Shown here in pieces: positions 1 to 7,996 of a stretch of 15,927 nucleotides of DNA. The position numbers were made by a program, and so were the translations under genes. The DNA comes from Candidatus Eiseniibacteriota bacterium (lineage in GTDB: Bacteria > Eisenbacteria > RBG-16-71-46 > JABDJR01 > JAWXBZ01): contig JAWXBZ010000132.1 in assembly GCA_034440375.1 (NCBI GenBank), forward strand, positions 1-15,927, given 5' to 3'. Numbering within the stretch: position 1 is the stretch's first letter; each line of letters opens with the position of its first letter. Below the pieces are notes generated by a model. It did not search any database and had not been told where the DNA came from. It saw only the letters and a program-made list of their open reading frames with translations.

Positions 1-411
1 CCGCCACTCATCGGCGAAATCAGCAAGGCCGACCTGCTGGTCAAGAAGAAGGACTACCTGGTGCTGGCGCGCGCCTACAAGCCGAAGAACGCCGCGGTCT
101 CGCTGATCAAGAATATCCGGCAGCCGATCGAGATCACCGTCTTTTTCGGCACCTGGTGCTCTTCTTGCAAGCACTACCTGCCGGGCTTCATGAAGACCAT
201 CGAGATGGCCGCCAATCCCTCGATTACCGTCCGCTACATCGGCATCAGCGAGGACATGAGCGAACCGGAGGCGCTGCTCACGGCCAACGTGGTGACGAAG
301 ACGCCGACGTTCATCGCCCGGTCGGCGGGCCAGGAGTTGGGGCGCATTGTCGAGAAGCCGAAGGGCTCCATCGAGGAAGATCTGGCGCTTCTTCTCCTGG
401 GCGCGCGGTAA
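1..411 (+). CDS. Thioredoxin-fold protein, 5'-truncated by the window edge
   Basis: Frame is open from base 1 (PPLIGEISKADLL...) to TAA at 409-411. It contains VFFGTWCSSCKHYLP (CxxC at 157-168), a cis-Pro-type TPTFI motif and GQELGRIVEKP, typical of thioredoxin-family proteins. Confidence 0.85.
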   Translation, partial: PPLIGEISKADLLVKKKDYLVLARAYKPKNAAVSLIKNIRQPIEITVFFGTWCSSCKHYLPGFMKTIEMAANPSITVRYIGISEDMSEPEALLTANVVTKTPTFIARSAGQELGRIVEKPKGSIEEDLALLLLGAR

Positions 412-422
412 GCTGGAGCTTC

Positions 423-1319
423 TTGGGCCGCGCCGCATCCGTTCGCCGTCTTGTTGTCGTCGTAGCGGCGCTCGGCCTGGCTGTCGTCTGGGGGAGCGCC
501 GCCTTCCTCAAATCTCTTGATCCGGCCGCCTTCGCCGAACAGATCACCCGGCATCATGTGTCGCCCGAAGCCTGGAGTTCCGCACTGGCGTGGCTCTTCG
601 TGGGAATCGAGGCGGTACTGGTCGCGGCGCATCTCAGTTTCTGGCGCCCACGGCTCGTTTTCCTCGCATCCGGATTGTTGCTCCTCGGGTTCATCGCGGT
701 GACCGCCGTCGCGTGGGCCAACGGGAATACCGAAGGGTGCGGTTGCTTCGGCCGGCTCGCCGCGCGCCACCCCCGCGAGGTCATCCTCGAGGATCTTGGA
801 TTCCTGCTGATGGCCGGGGCCGGCTTCTGGGCCTCCGCAGGACACCCCGGCTTCCGAAGGTCGGGCGTGGTTTTTGCCGCGTTGCTGCCGCTCGCCGTGG
901 CGCTCCCGATTGCGGGGCCGCATCTCCCCTTCGATTCGCTGGTCACGACGTTCAATCCGGGTGAGGACCTGACCGATCTCGCCGTGGACGATCTGCCGCA
1001 GGGACTCGATGAGGGGCAGGTCCTTCTGGTCCTCGTCGGGCCGGATTGCGCTTCGTGTGACGCCGGCCTTGAGTCCCTGAACCAGATTGCCGCCACCGAC
1101 GGGGCACCCACGGTCATCGCGGTTTACGCCGGGAGCCGCGCAGAGGCCCGCAGCTGGGCGCTCGATCATGTCCCCGGTTTCGCGGTCGGCTCAGCACCGG
1201 AAAAAGTGCTCCGTCAGTACTACCGAAAACTGCCCCAGGTCGGGCTGCTCTCGGAAGGGAAGCTGGTCCGCGTCTGGCGCGGTGTCATCCCCGCGCCGGC
1301 CGACGTCAGTCCCGGATGA
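423..1319 (+). CDS. MauE/DoxX-family membrane protein fused to a C-terminal thioredoxin-like (TlpA/MauD-like) CxxC domain
   Basis: The N-terminal half has about 5 hydrophobic helices, AAFLKSLDP, and the MauE-type CGCFG motif (738-752). The soluble C-terminal half has LVLVGPDCASCD (CxxC at 1047-1058) and LPQVGLLSEGKLVRVWRG. Start placed at TTG 423, behind GGAG at 415-418; the start is uncertain. The ORF-track start at 156 overlaps the upstream gene. Confidence 0.75.
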   Translation: MGRAASVRRLVVVVAALGLAVVWGSAAFLKSLDPAAFAEQITRHHVSPEAWSSALAWLFVGIEAVLVAAHLSFWRPRLVFLASGLLLLGFIAVTAVAWANGNTEGCGCFGRLAARHPREVILEDLGFLLMAGAGFWASAGHPGFRRSGVVFAALLPLAVALPIAGPHLPFDSLVTTFNPGEDLTDLAVDDLPQGLDEGQVLLVLVGPDCASCDAGLESLNQIAATDGAPTVIAVYAGSRAEARSWALDHVPGFAVGSAPEKVLRQYYRKLPQVGLLSEGKLVRVWRGVIPAPADVSPG

Positions 1320-2730
1320 AGCGGGCCACCATTTCGACGTGGGCGGTCTGAGGAAACATGTCGACGGGAACGGCGGCATCCATTTGGTAACCGCCACTCG
1401 CCAGCCGGGCGGCATCGCGGGCCAGCGTTCCGGGGTTGCATGACACATACACGATCTTCGGGGGAGCCAACCGGACGAGACCCTCGGTGACATCGGCATG
1501 CAGCCCGTCCCGCGGCGGATCCACCAGGACCAGATCGGGCCGACCCGAGACGAGTCGTCCTTCCTTATCGACGAGGCCCGATTCGTGCAGCGCATCCTTC
1601 ATGTCGATGGCCACGAACTCCACATTGTCGACGCCGTTGGTGACGGCGTTGGCCCGGGCCGCCTCGATCGATGCCTCGATCAATTCAGCCCCCACGACCC
1701 GGCGGGCCTGCCGGGCCAGCGGCAGCGTGAGAGCGCCGACACCACAGTAAAGATCCCAGGCCATATCGACCGGCGGACCGGCCAGTTCGAGGGCCAGCTG
1801 GAAAAGCCGTTCCGCCTGCTCGGTGTTCGTCTGGAAGAAGGTGTTTGGCCCGATCTCGAACAGCTTATCGAGCAGCCGCTCGCGAATGACCGGTCGGCCG
1901 CGGACGGTCCGCCAGGTCTCGCAGTAGGCCACGCTGGACTTACTGCCAGTGGTGCCATGAAGCAGGGAGGTCATTTCTGGATGGCGCGCGGCCACGGCCG
2001 CCAGGATGTCGTCGACGGCCCGTTCCTCGGCCGATCCGGTCGCGGCCGGCCAGGTGATCAGGTGGGCCATCCGCTCCCGTGTGTTGCGGCCGTCGCGAAG
2101 GACGAGGAATCGAAAGAATCCCTCGTGCGACCTCATTTGCGAGGGAGGAAAGCCGGATGCCACCGCCAGCTCGCGCACGGTGGCCAGCACCTCGGCCATC
2201 CAGGGTGGCGCCAGATGGCACTCGGTATTGTTCAGCACTTTATCGAATCGACCGCGGACATGGAGCCCCACGCCGAAGCGGCTGTCCGGCTCGTCCCAGG
2301 CCCGGTCGGCAAACGAGAACTCCATCTTGTTCCGGTAGCGGTAGGCCGACGGTGCGGGCAGGGCCGGCCGGATCGGCGGATCCTCGATCCCCCCGAGCCG
2401 GACGAGGCAATCCCGAACCTGCGCCGTCTTGGCTTCGAGCTGCCGGTTGTAGTCCAGGTTCTGCCACAGGCAGCCGCCGCACGGGCCGAAGTGGCGGCAC
2501 GGCGGCGCGATCTCGTCGGGTGAGCGAATCAGCACCTCTTCGATGCGCGCCTCGGCGAAGCCACCCTTTCGCTTGATGATCCGGGCCTTCACCGTCTGAC
2601 CGGGGAGACCCCCCTTGACGAAGATGGCGTAGCCGTCGAGATGGGCCACGCCGGCGCCGCCGAAGGCCAGGTCATGGACATGGACCTCGACTTCCTGGCC
2701 CACACGCACGGGGGGAGTTTTATTCGTCAT
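1306..2730 (-). CDS. rlmD: 23S rRNA (uracil-C5)-methyltransferase RlmD (TrmA/RumA family)
   Basis: N-terminal TRAM domain (VHVHDLAFGGAGVA...FVKGGLPGQTVKARI), Fe-S motif CRHFGPCGGC, YRNKMEFSF, FFQTN, DLYCGVG, VDPPRDG, YVSCNPGTLARD and DMFPQTAHVE. Confidence 0.95.
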   Translation of the reverse strand: MTNKTPPVRVGQEVEVHVHDLAFGGAGVAHLDGYAIFVKGGLPGQTVKARIIKRKGGFAEARIEEVLIRSPDEIAPPCRHFGPCGGCLWQNLDYNRQLEAKTAQVRDCLVRLGGIEDPPIRPALPAPSAYRYRNKMEFSFADRAWDEPDSRFGVGLHVRGRFDKVLNNTECHLAPPWMAEVLATVRELAVASGFPPSQMRSHEGFFRFLVLRDGRNTRERMAHLITWPAATGSAEERAVDDILAAVAARHPEMTSLLHGTTGSKSSVAYCETWRTVRGRPVIRERLLDKLFEIGPNTFFQTNTEQAERLFQLALELAGPPVDMAWDLYCGVGALTLPLARQARRVVGAELIEASIEAARANAVTNGVDNVEFVAIDMKDALHESGLVDKEGRLVSGRPDLVLVDPPRDGLHADVTEGLVRLAPPKIVYVSCNPGTLARDAARLASGGYQMDAAVPVDMFPQTAHVEMVARFIRD

Positions 2731-3971
2731 GGGCGGGGATCATCGGCGGACCGGGCGGCGAACGCAAGGAGCCCCGCGGCAACGGCGGCCGGCAGCAGCA
2801 CGAACAACGCACGTTTCAGCGAATTGGCGAAGTAACTGCCGCCCCCGCCGCCGAAGGCCGGATCGACCTGCTGGTAGAGGACGAGGAGCGCGAGGAATTC
2901 GATTATCACGAGGAGGATCAGCGTCCGGACTTCCTCGGGAAGGCGTCGCCAACGACGGACGGACGCCACGAGGCCCAATCCGAAGACAGCGAAGCACCAG
3001 CCGTAAAGTTCCTGCCGGGACATGGCGCCAAATGCGGCGGAAGTGGCGTCTGCCAGCAGTTTCAGATCGGGGAGCATCGACGATCGGAGAGCCGAGGTGC
3101 TGGCCACTCCGAGCGAGGCCTTGAGAAACAACTGCCAGCCGATGGCCACGGCCAGCGCCGGCGCCGCCATGAGGAGCGTCCGGGCGTGTCTTCGGCGCAG
3201 TGCGAGGAAGATCGCCACGGCCAGGGCCAGGACCACCGAATCGATCCGGAGAAGCGTGGCAAGGCCGAGCAGAAGCGCAGGTCTCCAGATCGATTGTCGT
3301 CCGGTGGCCAGGAGCGTGGCCCCGCCAATCGCTGCGGTGGCCGCCAGGTTGGTGAGGCCCAGCGACGCGTGTCGCCAGAACTCCGGCGCGGCGATCAGCA
3401 GAAAGACGCCGAGGAGACCGGTCAGGCGATCACTCCGCCGCGCTACAAAGTCGTACAGCAACAGAAGCAGCGCGGTGAGCCAGACAAGGTCGATGACCTT
3501 TCCCTCTGTTCCGCCAAGCCAGTAGACCAGGGCGAGCGACAGGGGATATCCGGGGGGATACGTCAGATTGCTCCGGCCGTCGAGTCCGGGCGTGTTGTAG
3601 ATGGAAAGGTCGAGCGTTCGTTCGGCCACGATCCAACGCGCCCGCCCGTCATAAGCGTGGGCGTCCATCGCCGACACCGGATAGAAAGCGGCCCGCCACG
3701 CCGCCACCCCTGTGATCAGGACGATGACGAGGAGGAGCAAGGCTTCCGCGGGTGTCAGCCGCCCGCGCCATGGAGAAGCCATAAGCCCGGATGATTTCGG
3801 TAGGCGGTGTTTGCTGGCACGCCTAAGTCCGGCGGTGAGAGCCGCCCCGGCGACGGCCAGGGTGACACTGCCGGCCAGCCATCCGGTCAGCGGCACACCG
3901 ACGACCCCCAGGAGGGTCAGCGCAATCAGAATCGCCCCGAGGCCGAAGAGGATCGCTTCGCCGGGATTCAT
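2727..3971 (-). CDS. Polytopic membrane protein, probable GT-C-fold glycosyltransferase (ArnT/PMT-like)
   Basis: About 11-13 hydrophobic segments. The first extracytoplasmic loop has acidic residues (YPVSAMDAHAYDGRARWI) followed by YPPGYPL, and later LLLGLATLLRID. This layout is typical of GT-C enzymes. ATGA overlaps with both neighbours. Confidence 0.6.
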   Translation of the reverse strand: MNPGEAILFGLGAILIALTLLGVVGVPLTGWLAGSVTLAVAGAALTAGLRRASKHRLPKSSGLMASPWRGRLTPAEALLLLVIVLITGVAAWRAAFYPVSAMDAHAYDGRARWIVAERTLDLSIYNTPGLDGRSNLTYPPGYPLSLALVYWLGGTEGKVIDLVWLTALLLLLYDFVARRSDRLTGLLGVFLLIAAPEFWRHASLGLTNLAATAAIGGATLLATGRQSIWRPALLLGLATLLRIDSVVLALAVAIFLALRRRHARTLLMAAPALAVAIGWQLFLKASLGVASTSALRSSMLPDLKLLADATSAAFGAMSRQELYGWCFAVFGLGLVASVRRWRRLPEEVRTLILLVIIEFLALLVLYQQVDPAFGGGGGSYFANSLKRALFVLLPAAVAAGLLAFAARSADDPRP

Positions 3972-4411
3972 GGCGCGCGGAGGTCCACGAGTCTCGACTC
4001 CGTACCGGCAATCGAGTCGGCGGGGACACCCAGGCGTTCGAGATTGTGCCCGCGGTAGACGAGGACGAAGTCGACCACGGGGCGTCCGTCACCCGTGATC
4101 TCCGAGGGGCGGACCAGCCGCCTCGGGTGCAGATAGTAGGAGCACCAGATCCGATTGGAGAGCGGGTCGGCCCCCTTCCCCTCCGGTATCAGTATCCGGG
4201 CGTCGGGTGGCGTACTGCGGCGGACTTCGTCGATGAGCCGCCATGGTTCGCCCAGGAGACTCTGGGCCCTTGTGTCGCGCAGGGAGTTGCGGTGACGGTA
4301 CATCTGCCTGGCCGATGCCACGACGCTTCGGGCCCACGACCCCGTGGCGGGATTCAGGGCGTAGGCCGTCAACAAGATCAGGACGACTCCGGCGGCCCGC
4401 CGATCCGTCAT
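3968..4411 (-). CDS. Hypothetical protein with one N-terminal membrane anchor and a small alpha/beta soluble domain
   Basis: 147-aa ORF joined by ATGA overlaps at both ends (4408-4411 and 3968-3971). Hydrophobic N-terminus AAGVVLILLTAYAL; soluble part contains STPPDARILIP...SYYLHPRRL...VDFVLVY. Confidence 0.7.
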   Translation of the reverse strand: MTDRRAAGVVLILLTAYALNPATGSWARSVVASARQMYRHRNSLRDTRAQSLLGEPWRLIDEVRRSTPPDARILIPEGKGADPLSNRIWCSYYLHPRRLVRPSEITGDGRPVVDFVLVYRGHNLERLGVPADSIAGTESRLVDLRAP

Positions 4412-5607
4412 GCCGTTCGGGCCGCCAGCTTCCGCTCGGCGTCATGAAAAAAGGTCAGGTAGAGCAACGACGCGACGACGTAAAAGCCCACCGTGATCAT
4501 CATCGGGAGCTGGAAACCATTCTTCTCGATCATCCAGCCGCCGATCTGCGTGGAAATCATCCAGGCGCCATGCCAGGCAAACTCGACCAGCGCATTGGCC
4601 AGGGGTTGCTGCTCCGGTCGTACCATTTCCATGGTAAAGGCTCCGGAGATCGGCTGGTTCATGTTCATGAGCGCACCGCGCATCCAGAAAGCCATGATGG
4701 CCAGGTCGAGCCGCTGCGTGTACGCCATGGTGATGAAAAAAGGAATGGACAGGAGTTCGGTGGCGGCGATGGCCCGGATCATCCCGGTCCGACGGGCCAG
4801 ATGCGGTCCCACCAGAAAGGCGACGACCGTGACGGCCTGGGCCACCGCGAAAATCGTGCCGATCCGGTCGGGCGGCAACAGGAATCGATCGCGGAAATAA
4901 AGATTGATGAAGGGAATGACCAGGCCGGCGCCCAGCCCCGTGATGAACTTGGGCAGCACCAGGCGGGTCAGGAGCCATGCGTCCGCCCGGCGGAGCATCC
5001 CCACGAAATCGGTGACGAGGCTCCCGTGTCGTACTTCGCGAATGGCCAGGTAGGCGAAGTTGCTTATCAGGACAAGCCCGGTGGCGGTGAGCAGCGTCAT
5101 TCGATAGGCCATGACCAGGCCGCCGACCACCGGCTCGAGAGAGCGGGCCATGTATCCACCGCCCGCCGCGCCGATGACCCCGGCCATGATCTCGATGGCC
5201 GAGTGGGTGCCGAAGAGGTCGAGCCGCTCCCCGGGATCGGAGTTCCGCATGAAAAAAGGAGCCGCCGCTATGTTGTGTACGGAGAAGGCCGCGCTGGCCA
5301 TCGCCGCGCCGAGCATGATCAGCGGCAGGGGGACCGGCGCGACCATGAGTGCATACCCGCCCGAGGCAACGGACGCCGCGGCGATCAGAACGATCCGGGT
5401 CGGGAACCGGGAAATGATCATCGCGGCCGGGAGTGCCGTCAGAAAGGTGCCGGTAGCGCCGGCCATCAGGACCCGCCCGATGGCGGCTTCGCCGTACCCC
5501 AACTCTTTCATATACAGGTTGAACAGCACCCAGTAGGTGCCGAGCCCGAATCCAACGAAGAAGGAGCCAATCAGAAAGAGATGAGCATTGCGGCGAAATT
5601 TGAACAT
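4408..5607 (-). CDS. Major facilitator superfamily transporter
   Basis: 399 aa with about 12 hydrophobic helices in two halves. Features include FNLYMKELGY, IPFINLYFRDRF, a motif-A-like GPHLARRTGMIR and MRGALMNMNQP. Substrate cannot be determined from the sequence. Confidence 0.9.
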   Translation of the reverse strand: MFKFRRNAHLFLIGSFFVGFGLGTYWVLFNLYMKELGYGEAAIGRVLMAGATGTFLTALPAAMIISRFPTRIVLIAAASVASGGYALMVAPVPLPLIMLGAAMASAAFSVHNIAAAPFFMRNSDPGERLDLFGTHSAIEIMAGVIGAAGGGYMARSLEPVVGGLVMAYRMTLLTATGLVLISNFAYLAIREVRHGSLVTDFVGMLRRADAWLLTRLVLPKFITGLGAGLVIPFINLYFRDRFLLPPDRIGTIFAVAQAVTVVAFLVGPHLARRTGMIRAIAATELLSIPFFITMAYTQRLDLAIMAFWMRGALMNMNQPISGAFTMEMVRPEQQPLANALVEFAWHGAWMISTQIGGWMIEKNGFQLPMMITVGFYVVASLLYLTFFHDAERKLAARTA

Positions 5608-5613
5608 CGGCCA

Positions 5614-5619
5614 AGTTTA
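5614..5619 (-). promoter_or_regulatory. Putative -10 box (TAAACT) for a leaderless MFS-unit transcript
   Basis: The minus strand reads TAAACT-tggccg-ATG, placing a TANNNT hexamer 6 nt before the MFS start codon. No Shine-Dalgarno sequence is visible and the matching -35 is poor. Confidence 0.45.
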
Positions 5620-5644
5620 CAAGGCGCGGCCCGGCTCGTACCAT
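5616..5644 (+). promoter_or_regulatory. Putative sigma70-type promoter of the mqn operon
   Basis: TTTACA (5616-5621), a 17-bp spacer and TACCAT (5639-5644), ending 8 nt before the ATG at 5653. Confidence 0.55.
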
Positions 5645-5652
5645 CCGGGGTC

Positions 5653-6501
5653 ATGAACAAAGCCCCCGGCGACCGGCTCGCCACATGGAGCCGCTTCGTC
5701 AAATTGGAGCACACCATTTTCAGCCTCCCCATGCTGGTGGCGGGTGGTTGGCTGGCCGCCGACGGCTTTCCCGGGTGGCGAATCCTCGGGCTCATCGTGC
5801 TGGCCGGGTTTGGGGCGCGCGTGGTGGCGCTGGGCTTGAATCGCCTCATCGACCGCCGGATCGATGCCGCCAATCCGAGGACCACCGTCCGCGAACTCCC
5901 CAGTGGGACCCTGTCGGCCCGGGAGGGTTGGGGCATTGTTCTGGCCGGCCTCGCCGTCTACCTGGTGGCCGCCGCGCTCATCGCGCCGATTTGCCTCCTC
6001 CTGTCGCCGGTTCCGCTGGCGATCTTCGTGCTGTATCCCTATATGAAGCGATTCACGACGCTGGCCCACTTCGGCGTCGGCCTCGGCCTTGCCGTTGCTC
6101 CGCTTGGCGCCTGGATGGCGGTTCGACAGACCTTCGAAGGCGTTGGTCCAGCACTGCTCCTCGGCGCGTTCACGCTTTTCTGGGTGGCCGGTTTCGATAT
6201 CATTTATGCCACGCAGGACGTCGAATTCGACCGGAACGCCGGACTCTTCTCGATTCCGGCCCGTCTCGGTGTGGATCGCGCGCTCCAGGTGTCGGGCCTC
6301 CTGCATCTGTTGGCCTTTGCTCTCCTGTCGACACTGTTCTGGTGGCAGCTGCGGACACCACTGGCCGGCGTCCTCCTGGTCCTGACCGGCATCCTGCTCC
6401 TGCTCGAGCATCGAAGGGGGGGGGATGTCGAAATGGCCTTCTTCCGAATCAACGCCGTGCTCGGCTTTGTGGTCCTCAGCTTCGTCATGGCGGGCACATG
6501 A
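5653..6501 (+). CDS. mqnP: UbiA-family polyprenyltransferase of the futalosine menaquinone pathway (MqnP-like)
   Basis: FVKLEHTIFSLP, NRLIDRRIDAANPRTTVRELPSG, YPYMKRFT, WVAGFDIIYATQDVEFDR and AFFRIN. It is the first gene of the mqn cluster. The real start is ATG 5653; the ORF-track extension back to 4243 is antisense to the MFS gene. Confidence 0.9.
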   Translation: MNKAPGDRLATWSRFVKLEHTIFSLPMLVAGGWLAADGFPGWRILGLIVLAGFGARVVALGLNRLIDRRIDAANPRTTVRELPSGTLSAREGWGIVLAGLAVYLVAAALIAPICLLLSPVPLAIFVLYPYMKRFTTLAHFGVGLGLAVAPLGAWMAVRQTFEGVGPALLLGAFTLFWVAGFDIIYATQDVEFDRNAGLFSIPARLGVDRALQVSGLLHLLAFALLSTLFWWQLRTPLAGVLLVLTGILLLLEHRRGGDVEMAFFRINAVLGFVVLSFVMAGT

Positions 6502-7049
6502 GAATTTTGATCGGAATTTCGGGCGCGTCGGGGAGCACCGTCGGCGCTGCTTTTGTTCGGCGCTGTCCGGGTGACAAATACCTGGTGGTCAGCCCGTGGG
6601 GATGGAAGAACCTCGAGATCGAGGCGGGCCTCGGTCGGGCGGATCTCGAGCCGCATGTGAAGCGGATCTTCGAGGACGATGACCTGGCCGCGCCCCCAAG
6701 TTCCGGGAGCAATGCCTTCGATGCCACAGTCATCGTGCCCACGTCGCTGTCGACGCTGGCCAAGATCGCCGCCGGGCTGGCGGATACGCTGATCACGCGG
6801 ATGGCCCAGGTGGCGTTGAAGGAGAGACGAAAGCTTGTCCTGTGCCTCCGTGAGACGCCTCTTTCGTCCATCGCACTCGAGAACGCGCTCAAGCTCTCAC
6901 GCGATGGCGTCATGATCATGCCGGTCTGTCCGCCGTTCTACCGGAATCCCGAATCGGTGGATGAGATGGTCAACGGTTACGTCGACAAGGTGTTGATGGC
7001 CATCGGGGCCGGGGCGACGCCCGGGTGGCGATCGGAGCTGCTCGATTGA
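6498..7049 (+). CDS. ubiX: UbiX-family flavin prenyltransferase (prFMN synthase)
   Basis: MRILIGISGASG, SSGS, STLAKIAAGLADTLITR, LKERRKLVLCLRETPL and PPFY. The start at 6498 forms an ATGA overlap with the prenyltransferase stop. Its UbiD partner lies downstream. Confidence 0.93.
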   Translation: MRILIGISGASGSTVGAAFVRRCPGDKYLVVSPWGWKNLEIEAGLGRADLEPHVKRIFEDDDLAAPPSSGSNAFDATVIVPTSLSTLAKIAAGLADTLITRMAQVALKERRKLVLCLRETPLSSIALENALKLSRDGVMIMPVCPPFYRNPESVDEMVNGYVDKVLMAIGAGATPGWRSELLD

Positions 7050-7996
7050 TCGCCACGATCCTCGTGCTCCTCGCCCTCCTCGATTTTCGCGTGAGTCCGG
7101 CCATCGATCTCTTCTTCACCGCCCGGGCGCGAGCGGCCGGGGCCACGACCATCAACTCGGGGCCGAAGCTGCAAAAGGCCATCGACGAGATGGCCCGCCT
7201 GGAACAGGTGCTCGGCGGCAGCGCGCAGTGGGGGCTGGTCGAGGGAGCTCTGGCCGGCTGCGAGAAGGCGGCCGACATCCGACGTTCTTTCGGTTTCTTC
7301 CCGGAGGAGTACGTCTTCGGCACCCGCACCTTGAAGCTCAAATCGGCCACCATGACGCTGGCCGCGGCCCTGGAGGCCGCCGAGCCGGAGTTCCTGGCCA
7401 AAGTCTGGCCGAAACACAAGGCCCTCATCACGAAACAGAAAGCGGTCATCACCCGGATTCTCGGCCCCGCAGAGGCGGCCTGGTCCGCCGGTCTGACGAC
7501 GCAACTGGACCTGGCACTCCCCGCGCAACCGGTCCTCACCTACCTGGTGGCGGAAGCCCCGCCTCCATGGGGGTATACGCGGCTCGATCGCGGCAGCCAG
7601 CCGATGATCATCATCGGGGTCGGCGGGGTGGAGGGGACGACACTGGCCGAGCTTCCGGTTCATGAACTGGTTCATGCCCTCGATGCGCGGCAGGGGGGAG
7701 AGCGGGGGGCGCTGCGATCACTGCGCCTGTTATTGAGCAATCAAGGCATTCCACAGGGTAGCGTCGAGAACAATCAGATCACGCACGCCCTGATGTACGT
7801 GGCCTCGGGCGAGGTCATGCGCCGAATCGTCGAAAATCGGCATCGGCATTTCGGTGAGACATACGGCACCTACGAACGGATGCCCGACGTGGCCCCGGCG
7901 CTCCTGGAATGGTGGAAGCGCTATCTCGACGGCACCGTCGACCGGGAGCAAGCCATCGGCGGCTTCGTTTCACAGTACACGGAGGGCCGTCGTTAG
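7046..7996 (+). CDS. Hypothetical protein with a hydrophobic N-terminus and an HExxH (zincin-like) motif
   Basis: Fills the gap between ubiX and the decarboxylase exactly: TTGA overlap at 7046-7049 and TAG/GTG overlap at 7996. An alternative GTG start lies at 7025. N-terminus is IATILVLLALL. HELVH is at 7661-7675, with further His/Glu in ITHALMYVASGE. Confidence 0.7.
   Translation: MIATILVLLALLDFRVSPAIDLFFTARARAAGATTINSGPKLQKAIDEMARLEQVLGGSAQWGLVEGALAGCEKAADIRRSFGFFPEEYVFGTRTLKLKSATMTLAAALEAAEPEFLAKVWPKHKALITKQKAVITRILGPAEAAWSAGLTTQLDLALPAQPVLTYLVAEAPPPWGYTRLDRGSQPMIIIGVGGVEGTTLAELPVHELVHALDARQGGERGALRSLRLLLSNQGIPQGSVENNQITHALMYVASGEVMRRIVENRHRHFGETYGTYERMPDVAPALLEWWKRYLDGTVDREQAIGGFVSQYTEGRR

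Noticed and set aside
156..422. N-terminal extension of the MauE-like ORF, or a Trx-MauE frameshift fusion
   Set aside because: It overlaps the thioredoxin gene in another frame. The thioredoxin ends normally at TAA 411, and a GGAG-TTG start is available at 423.
4243..5652. Apparent 470-aa N-terminal extension making a 752-aa UbiA fusion
   Set aside because: The extension is antisense to the MFS gene and is low-complexity Arg/Gly/His-rich. UbiA similarity begins just after ATG 5653, which has its own promoter-like boxes.
6416..6424. G9 tract in mqnP as a phase-variation site
   Set aside because: It is near the 3' end of a housekeeping gene, the frame is intact through the conserved AFFRIN, and the run length is compatible with chance.
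5685..6497. Apparent long N-terminal extension on UbiX
   Set aside because: It is an out-of-frame overlap with mqnP. UbiX starts at MRILIGISGASG (6498) with an ATGA overlap.
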